NCBI GenBank assembly: GCA_001777655.1
Contig: MFER01000013.1
Span: 68,322 to 132,321, forward strand
DNA length: 64,000 bases
Direction of reading: 5' to 3'
From: Candidatus Doudnabacteria bacterium RIFCSPHIGHO2_02_FULL_43_13b
GTDB lineage: Bacteria > Patescibacteriota > Doudnabacteria > UBA920 > O2-02-FULL-48-8
Both the position numbers and the translations under genes were made by a program. The notes under the pieces were generated by a model, which was given only the letters and a program-made list of their open reading frames with translations, ran no database searches and was not told where the DNA came from. Below, piece after piece: positions 58,725 to 64,000 of the stretch; the first letter of the stretch is position 1, and each line of letters begins with the position of its first letter.

Positions 58725-59165
58725 ATGAATAAATACATCCAAGGAATTATCTTATTAATCTTGGTCGTTGCGGCAATCTTTTTGATTCCTAAGAAACAAG
58801 AACAGGCGCCACCAACCCAGGTTACTGACCAACAACCTCAAGCTATTCCAGAAGTGATTGTTGATACCCCGCAACCCAACGATGTGATCATAAGCCCAGT
58901 GACTGTGACTGGCCGCGCTCGTGGGTTTTGGTATTTCGAAGCCAATTTACCAGTGACGCTGAAAGATGGCAATGGCAATGTTTTGGCGCAAAAAGGTTTT
59001 CAGGCTATTGGAGATTGGATGACCACGGATCATGTGGATTTTTCTGACACTTTAATATTTATTACTCCGGCCACGCAATACGGCACTTTGATTATCAGTA
59101 AAGATAACCCGTCGGGCGAGCCGATCAACGACGCTGATTTCGTAGTCCCTATAAGATTTTGGTAA
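58725..59165 (+). CDS. Gmad2/GerMN-like immunoglobulin-fold secreted protein
   Basis: Signal-anchor, proline-rich linker, then VTVTGRARGFWYFEANLPVTLKDGNGNVL. Confidence 0.5.
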   Translation: MNKYIQGIILLILVVAAIFLIPKKQEQAPPTQVTDQQPQAIPEVIVDTPQPNDVIISPVTVTGRARGFWYFEANLPVTLKDGNGNVLAQKGFQAIGDWMTTDHVDFSDTLIFITPATQYGTLIISKDNPSGEPINDADFVVPIRFW

Positions 59166-59295
59166 AAATCCGCTCGGACACTGCTAAAAAATCTGAGATG
59201 TATGCACATTTGACCGATCGGTCAGCTAAGAGTACAAAAAGAAAAGCGGTTTAGTAGGTTAGATCCTGAAACGAGTTCAGGATGACGAATATTTT

Positions 59296-61521
59296 TTAGT
59301 TTAATTTTATCGGCCATTTTTCGACCAGCAGTAGGTTCTTGTGATTGATTTGCCAGGCGGCTTCGGTAACGAACGGCACGAATGGATGCAGGAGTTTGAG
59401 GCAAGTTTCCAAGACAGTTTTTAACATTAGTTGGGTGGAAGCCTTGGTTTTTGGATTGGCTAGCTGAGCTTTGGATTCTTCGATAATTTTATCAGCGAAG
59501 GTATGCCAAAAGTAATGATAGAGATTTTCTGCCGCATGGGCGAGGTCTTGTTTGTCCAAAAGTTTAGTTGTGCCATTAGTTACTTTGTCTAAATTTTTCA
59601 GGATGACTTTGTGAGCAGGGGCTAATTGAGCTGTTGCGTCCATGCCCTCTGTGTTTTGCATGACAAACCGAGCCGCGTTCCAAATCTTGTTGGCAAAGTT
59701 TCGGTAGCCGCGGACTTTATCTTCTGATAGCGGCAAATCATTGCCTGGCAAGTTGCCGACAACCAAAGCCATCCGCAGAGCGTCGTTGCCATAAATATCG
59801 ATCACGCCCAAAGGATCAATGACATTGCCCTTGGACTTGCTCATTTTTTGGCGATCTTTATCGCGCACCAGGCCATGAAGGTAGACGTTTTCAAACGGCA
59901 CCTGCCCGGTTTTGTAAAGCCCGAACATAATCATCCGCGCCACCCAGAAGAAGAGAATATCCCAACCAGTTTCCATCATTTGGGTCGGGTAAAAAGTCTG
60001 GAAGTTTATACCCCCCCTAGCCCCCCCTATGTTAGGGGGGGAATCTCTCTGTTCTCCTCCTTTCAAGGGGGAGTTAGAGGGGGTATTATCTAATGCCATG
60101 AGTGTGGCATATGGCCACTGACCGGAAGAAAACCAGGTGTCGAAAGTGTCAGGATCCTGGACCCAACCTTCCCCTGGCGATGCTTCTGAAATTTTCAGCT
60201 CATTGTCTTTATACCACACCGGGATCGGAATGCCCCACCAGATTTGGCGAGAAATCGGCCAGTCACGGATGTTTTTCATCCAATGCATTAGCACTTTTTC
60301 AAATTTTATTGGATTTATTTTAACTTTTTTATTTTTTACAGCATTTACGACCAAATCACGCAGTGAAATTTCGAATTTTGAATTTCGAATTTTGAATTTT
60401 TTTGTCATTGCCACATACCACTGGGGGATGATCAGGGGTTCCAGGACATTCTTACACTTGTAGCATAGTGACACGTTGTGCTTGTAAGTTTCATCGATTT
60501 TTTCCAGCAGTCCCAGCTTCTGCAGATCTTCGACAACTACCTTGCGTGCTTCGGCGACCTTCAGTCCGTGATATTTCGTGTTGGGCAAGTCCATCTTACC
60601 TCGCTTATCAATAACCTGTTTGGGCCCTGGGATTTCATCTTTTCCGCCGGGGACGGATCCGCCTTTGGCGGAATGTTTCTGCCAGATTTCGAAATCTGCG
60701 GCATCATGCGCCGGTGTTACCTTGACTACCCCGGTGCCGAAATCTTTATCTACTAGTTCATCCGCAATCACTTTGATTTTAAATTTGCCCAAAAGTCCTT
60801 CAGCCTCCAGTTCTTGGCCAATGTATTTTTTATATCTGGTATCTTTCGGATTGACTGCCAAGGCCGTGTCGCCAAATTTGGTTTCCGGCCGCACTGTCGC
60901 CAAAGTCAGCGGGCCGTATTTGATGTAATAAAGCGGATCGGTTCGCTCTTCGTGCTCGGTTTCGAGGTCAGCTAGGCCGGTTTGGTGTTTGACACACCAG
61001 TTGCAGATGCGGTTGCCGCGGTAAATCAGACCGTCGCGGTACATTTGCTCAAATGTTTCGTAAACGATTTGGATAATCCGCGGATCCAGGGTAAACATAT
61101 TGCGCGACCAGTCAGTCGAAGCGCCGAGGCGGCGAATGCCGTCTTCGGTTTGCTGTTTATAGTCCTGCACGAAATCCCAGACTTCTTTATAAAATTCCTC
61201 CCGCGTCATCTGAAAGCGTGACCGGCCTTCTTTTTCCAGTTTTTTCTCAAACACGACTTGGGTTTCGAACCCGGCATGATCCGTGCCGGGTAGCCAAAGG
61301 GTTTTTCGGCCGCGCATGCGTTCGAAGCGGATCATGATATCTTGCAGAGTAAAGCCTAATGCGTGGCCGACATGGACTTGGCCGTTGGCATTAGAAGGCG
61401 GCATGATGATCGTATATGGCTTGCCCGACAGATTATCGGGATTAAAAAAACCTGACTCTTCCCAGAGTTTGTAAATCTTGGACTCTTTGGATTGGTCATA
61501 GGTTGTGGGGATGTCGCGCAT
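59296..61521 (-). CDS. valS: Valine--tRNA ligase (short form) carrying two in-frame repeat insertions
   Basis: HVGHALG (HIGH) and KMSKSKGN motifs, editing domain. Insertions lie at 60009..60090 (G/C-homopolymer palindrome) and 60361..60400 (tandem). Confidence 0.85.
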   Translation of the reverse strand: MRDIPTTYDQSKESKIYKLWEESGFFNPDNLSGKPYTIIMPPSNANGQVHVGHALGFTLQDIMIRFERMRGRKTLWLPGTDHAGFETQVVFEKKLEKEGRSRFQMTREEFYKEVWDFVQDYKQQTEDGIRRLGASTDWSRNMFTLDPRIIQIVYETFEQMYRDGLIYRGNRICNWCVKHQTGLADLETEHEERTDPLYYIKYGPLTLATVRPETKFGDTALAVNPKDTRYKKYIGQELEAEGLLGKFKIKVIADELVDKDFGTGVVKVTPAHDAADFEIWQKHSAKGGSVPGGKDEIPGPKQVIDKRGKMDLPNTKYHGLKVAEARKVVVEDLQKLGLLEKIDETYKHNVSLCYKCKNVLEPLIIPQWYVAMTKKFKIRNSKFEISLRDLVVNAVKNKKVKINPIKFEKVLMHWMKNIRDWPISRQIWWGIPIPVWYKDNELKISEASPGEGWVQDPDTFDTWFSSGQWPYATLMALDNTPSNSPLKGGEQRDSPPNIGGARGGINFQTFYPTQMMETGWDILFFWVARMIMFGLYKTGQVPFENVYLHGLVRDKDRQKMSKSKGNVIDPLGVIDIYGNDALRMALVVGNLPGNDLPLSEDKVRGYRNFANKIWNAARFVMQNTEGMDATAQLAPAHKVILKNLDKVTNGTTKLLDKQDLAHAAENLYHYFWHTFADKIIEESKAQLANPKTKASTQLMLKTVLETCLKLLHPFVPFVTEAAWQINHKNLLLVEKWPIKLN
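60009..60090. repeat. G/C-homopolymer palindrome CCCCCCCTAGCCCCCCCTATGTTAGGGGGGGAA..GGGGGAGTTAGAGGGGG in frame within valS
   Basis: Encodes the low-complexity segment ..NSPLKGGEQRDSPPNIGGARGGINF.. inside ValS. Confidence 0.6.
60361..60400. repeat. Tandem repeat ATTTCGAATTTTGA x2 in frame within valS (encodes KFKIRNSKFEIS)
   Basis: A related tandem AAATTCAAAATCC sits in tsaD at 63026..63060, both next to CGCGAAC/GTTCGCG-type hairpins. Confidence 0.55.
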
Positions 61522-61558
61522 AGTAATAAGAAAAAAGCGGCTCGTCGGCCGCTAGTGG

Positions 61559-61801
61559 TTATTTTTGCATTCCGACTTTCTTTTCGAGTAATTCTACCCG
61601 TCGCTGTAATTCGACAAGCTCAAACCGATAAGCGACATTGTCGAGCTTAAGTTTAATTTCTTCTTGGCCTTCTTTAAGGTTGTTCAATCTTTTCTCAACC
61701 CCTCCAAAGCCTGTTTGGACCATTACAGCTAAGTCATCAATTGTAGTGCCTGATTTGTTACTCATAAAAATAATTATACTCCCTATTGACAAATTCGTCA
61801 A
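61559..61801 (-). CDS. Small hypothetical coiled-coil protein (80 aa)
   Basis: ORF with a C-terminal heptad-like region (ELVELQRRVELLEKKV). Confidence 0.35.
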   Translation of the reverse strand: MTNLSIGSIIIFMSNKSGTTIDDLAVMVQTGFGGVEKRLNNLKEGQEEIKLKLDNVAYRFELVELQRRVELLEKKVGMQK

Positions 61802-61814
61802 AAAGGAGTATAGT
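61786..61814 (+). promoter_or_regulatory. Sigma70-like promoter (TTGACA, 17-nt spacer, TATAGT) with a palindromic -35 region TTGACAAATTCGTCAA
   Basis: Consensus hexamers at ideal spacing, reading towards the RT fragment; the -35 element sits inside a 16-bp palindrome. Confidence 0.5.
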
Positions 61815-61845
61815 ATTAAACTGATAATTTGACCATCAGATACTT

Positions 61846-62430
61846 TTGAATATTTTCAAGCAATATATCCCAGATCAAGATAATATTTTATGGTTGTTGG
61901 AGGAGATAATTGAGAGCTTTGGATTAGATTGCTTCGTCGCCCCGCCATGGCGGGACTTCTCGCAAATGCGTAAAGATGCTTCTGCGAGGAGCGAAGCGAC
62001 GTGGCAGTCTAAAAAAGGCCTGCCCTTAGGCAACCTCACCTCCCAGCTCTTTATCAATCTCTATATGAATGAATTTGATCAATTCGTGAAGCACAAACTG
62101 AAACTTAAATACTATATCAGATACGCCGACGATTTTGTGTTCTTATCCGATACTAAGAATGACCTTACTGCAATACTGTCCCGTATTGCAGTATACTTGA
62201 ACGATGGGCTAAAACTATCGCTTCACCCTAACAAAATTATCCTCAAAACCTTTTCGTCTGGCCTTGATTTCTTAGGCTGGGTGAATTTCCCGCAGCATCG
62301 AGTCTTAAGAGCCGCGACGAAGCGGCGGATGATGAAAAAAGTCAATGAGAAAAACATATCGTCATATTTGGGGCTTCTAAAACATGGAAATACTCGTAAA
62401 ATTTCTACTTCAATTCCAAATTTGGTTTAG
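61846..62430 (+). CDS. Reverse transcriptase, DGR-type signature, N-terminally truncated (fingers motifs 1-3 absent), TTG start
   Basis: GLPLGNLTSQLFINLYMNEFDQFV has the [ILV]GxxxSQ motif diagnostic of DGR RTs, and YIRYADDFVFL is the YxDD catalytic motif. The ORF is only 194 aa, with a stop 21 nt upstream in frame. Confidence 0.65.
   Translation: MNIFKQYIPDQDNILWLLEEIIESFGLDCFVAPPWRDFSQMRKDASARSEATWQSKKGLPLGNLTSQLFINLYMNEFDQFVKHKLKLKYYIRYADDFVFLSDTKNDLTAILSRIAVYLNDGLKLSLHPNKIILKTFSSGLDFLGWVNFPQHRVLRAATKRRMMKKVNEKNISSYLGLLKHGNTRKISTSIPNLV
61926..62002. repeat. Palindromic repeat family 1 copy inside the RT ORF (GATTGCTTCGTCGCC..CTTCTCGCAAATGCG..CTGCGAGGAGCGAAGCGACG)
   Basis: Same arms as the other family 1 copies; translates in frame as LDCFVAPPWRDFSQMRKDASARSEAT between RT motif A remnants and motif B'. 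Confidence 0.65.
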
Positions 62431-63424
62431 CGGAGAAGGTTTTCACAAACTTTGCTTTGTGATTTTTTATGCGATAATAAGCCGCGAGGCCGATCATGGC
62501 TGCGTTGTCAGTGCAGTACTCAAGCTTAGGAATAGAAGCTTTTAGCTTATAGCTTTTAGCTAACAGTCCGAAGCGCTTGCGAAGTAATTTATTCGCAGCA
62601 ACACCGCCGCCGAGCATGATAGTTTTTGGCTTGTAACGGATGATGGCCTTTTCAAGCTTAGCAATCAGAACATCAACAATGGCTTGTTGCACGGAAGCAG
62701 CGATATCAGGTTTTAGGTTATAGGTTATAGGTGATAGTTCCTGAAGCTTATAAAGCACGGCGGTTTTCAGGCCGGAAAAACTGAATTCGAAATTTTTCGA
62801 GTTGATCATAGGCCGAGGAAAATCAAAGGCTTGCGGATTTCCTCGTTCAGCCAGTTTGCTTAAGTGTGGTCCCCCAGGATATGGCAAGCCGAGCATCTTT
62901 GCGGTTTTGTCGAATGCTTCCCCCGCGGCGTCGTCCAAAGTTTCCCCCAAGATGCGATACTGGCCATGTCCGCGCATGAGGACCAACAGCGTATGCCCAC
63001 CGGAGACAATCAATATTATCGCCGGGAATTTTGGATTTTGAATTTTGGATTTTGAATTTTCGCGAACGAAGTTCGCGTAGATATGGGCCTCCAAATGATT
63101 GACTGGCAGCACGGGTTTATTCAGAGCCAGGCCCAAAGCCTTGGCCGTATCAACGCCGACCATTAGTGAGGTCGCCAACCCCGGACCTTCGGTCACTGCG
63201 ATATAGTCGATTTGTTTCAGTGTCGTTTTCGCCTGTTTCAACGCTAAATCAATCGTCGGGATGATGGCCGTAATATGCTCCCGGGCCGCCACTTCGGGCA
63301 CGACACCACCATACTTTTTGTGCAGACTTGCTTGAGAGGCGATAATATTGGATTTTATCTGACCATTAATAATAACCGCGGCCGCGGTTTCATCACAACT
63401 AGTTTCGATGGCGAGGATCCTCAT
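62405..63424 (-). CDS. tsaD: tRNA N6-adenosine threonylcarbamoyltransferase TsaD
   Basis: MRILAIETSCDETAAAV and conserved His/metal motifs. Contains an in-frame tandem-repeat/hairpin insertion at 63026..63080. Confidence 0.85.
   Translation of the reverse strand: MRILAIETSCDETAAAVIINGQIKSNIIASQASLHKKYGGVVPEVAAREHITAIIPTIDLALKQAKTTLKQIDYIAVTEGPGLATSLMVGVDTAKALGLALNKPVLPVNHLEAHIYANFVRENSKSKIQNPKFPAIILIVSGGHTLLVLMRGHGQYRILGETLDDAAGEAFDKTAKMLGLPYPGGPHLSKLAERGNPQAFDFPRPMINSKNFEFSFSGLKTAVLYKLQELSPITYNLKPDIAASVQQAIVDVLIAKLEKAIIRYKPKTIMLGGGVAANKLLRKRFGLLAKSYKLKASIPKLEYCTDNAAMIGLAAYYRIKNHKAKFVKTFSAKPNLELK
63026..63080. repeat. Tandem AATTTTGGATTTTG x2.5 plus hairpin CGCGAACGAAGTTCGCG in frame within tsaD
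   Basis: Encodes ..ANFVRENSKSKIQNPKFPA..; related to the valS tandem. Confidence 0.55.
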
Positions 63425-63978
63425 ACCAAACTTTCTGTTTCCATATGACGTCTGGATTTCCAGAAGAAATAACCCACAGTGCCGAACGTAATTAGCGGAG
63501 AAAGCCACGTAGGTATATGGAACCCAAAGCTATCCGAAAGCATAATCAGTCCCAAAAATAAAATTGAATACATCGCGCCGTTTTTCAAATATTTATATTT
63601 TTTGATCCGTTCAATATTGCTCACAGTCAGTTTTCGTAAAACCAAAGCTCCCAAACCGTTCCCCAAGAGGATTAAAGGAACTGAAAAAGTGAAAGCAAAC
63701 GCGCCAATCACGCCATCTATCGAAAAGGAGGCGTCTAATACTTCCAAATATGCGACTTTTGCAATATCAGAGATTCCCCCAGCCAGAAGTTTTTTTTCTT
63801 GCTCCTCGGCATATTGTCGAAAACCATGAATGATGAAGAAAGCAGTAGAACCCAACACTGCCCCAAAGGCCATGAGGGGATTGATTTTAAGAGCAAACCA
63901 GACAATCGTAGCCAATAAGATTGAAACTACAGCAAAATACCACGCCCCTTGTCGGTGCAGAAATTTTTCGCCGAACAA
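63421..63978 (-). CDS. Integral membrane protein (DUF475/TerC-like); N-terminus may lie beyond the window end
   Basis: Multiple TM helices. Confidence 0.4.
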   Translation of the reverse strand: MFGEKFLHRQGAWYFAVVSILLATIVWFALKINPLMAFGAVLGSTAFFIIHGFRQYAEEQEKKLLAGGISDIAKVAYLEVLDASFSIDGVIGAFAFTFSVPLILLGNGLGALVLRKLTVSNIERIKKYKYLKNGAMYSILFLGLIMLSDSFGFHIPTWLSPLITFGTVGYFFWKSRRHMETESLV

Positions 63979-64000
63979 CCCATAATTTTTTGGTTCTAAA

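Noticed and set aside
60137-60928. Plus-strand ORFs inside valS (60137..60463, 60478..60756, 60578..60928)
   Set aside because: Antisense to valS; the 60137 ORF is produced by the tandem repeat and homopolymer insertion.
61559-61801. The 80-aa minus-strand ORF as the DGR accessory protein Avd
   Set aside because: It is too short, on the opposite strand and not obviously a basic four-helix bundle. Kept as a hypothetical CDS only.

Overview
The window is a low-GC (about 40 %) bacterial chromosome segment with the gene repertoire and compact layout of a Candidate Phyla Radiation (Patescibacteria-like) genome. It carries the replication-origin neighbourhood (rnpA-rpmH divergent from dnaA-dnaN-recF), rpoB-rpoC, gyrA, polA, ruvA/ruvB/ruvC, uvrB, tyrS, valS, a class A PBP, tsaB/tsaD/tsaE, rpsA, rpsT, two tRNA clusters and three type II toxin-antitoxin pairs. 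It also holds a small accessory islet: a hypothetical gene, a frameshifted ORF6N gene and a palindromic repeat at 25399..26372. Five unusual things stand out on direct reading. (1) Two short GC-rich (about 62-65 %) single-gene cassettes, at 5880..6491 and 19131..19397, each with its own promoter or operator, AGGAGG RBS and terminator. (2) A roughly 210-nt group I intron in the anticodon loop of a tRNA-Phe(GAA) gene. (3) An N-terminally truncated reverse transcriptase with the diversity-generating retroelement (DGR) signature LGNLTSQ and the YADD motif, plus a frameshifted four-helix-bundle (Avd-like) gene elsewhere. (4) Several families of short palindromic or tandem repeats, some inserted in frame inside protein-coding genes (the Wzy-like gene, valS, tsaD and the RT), reminiscent of Rickettsia palindromic elements. 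(5) Two divergent-promoter loci, tsaE|DHH-like and uvrB|ruvA, that share a composite pair of terminal-inverted-repeat (MITE-like) elements whose ends abut four start codons. No CRISPR array, rRNA or intact transposase was seen. All calls come from reading the sequence and ORF translations by eye; none was checked by search or folding software.
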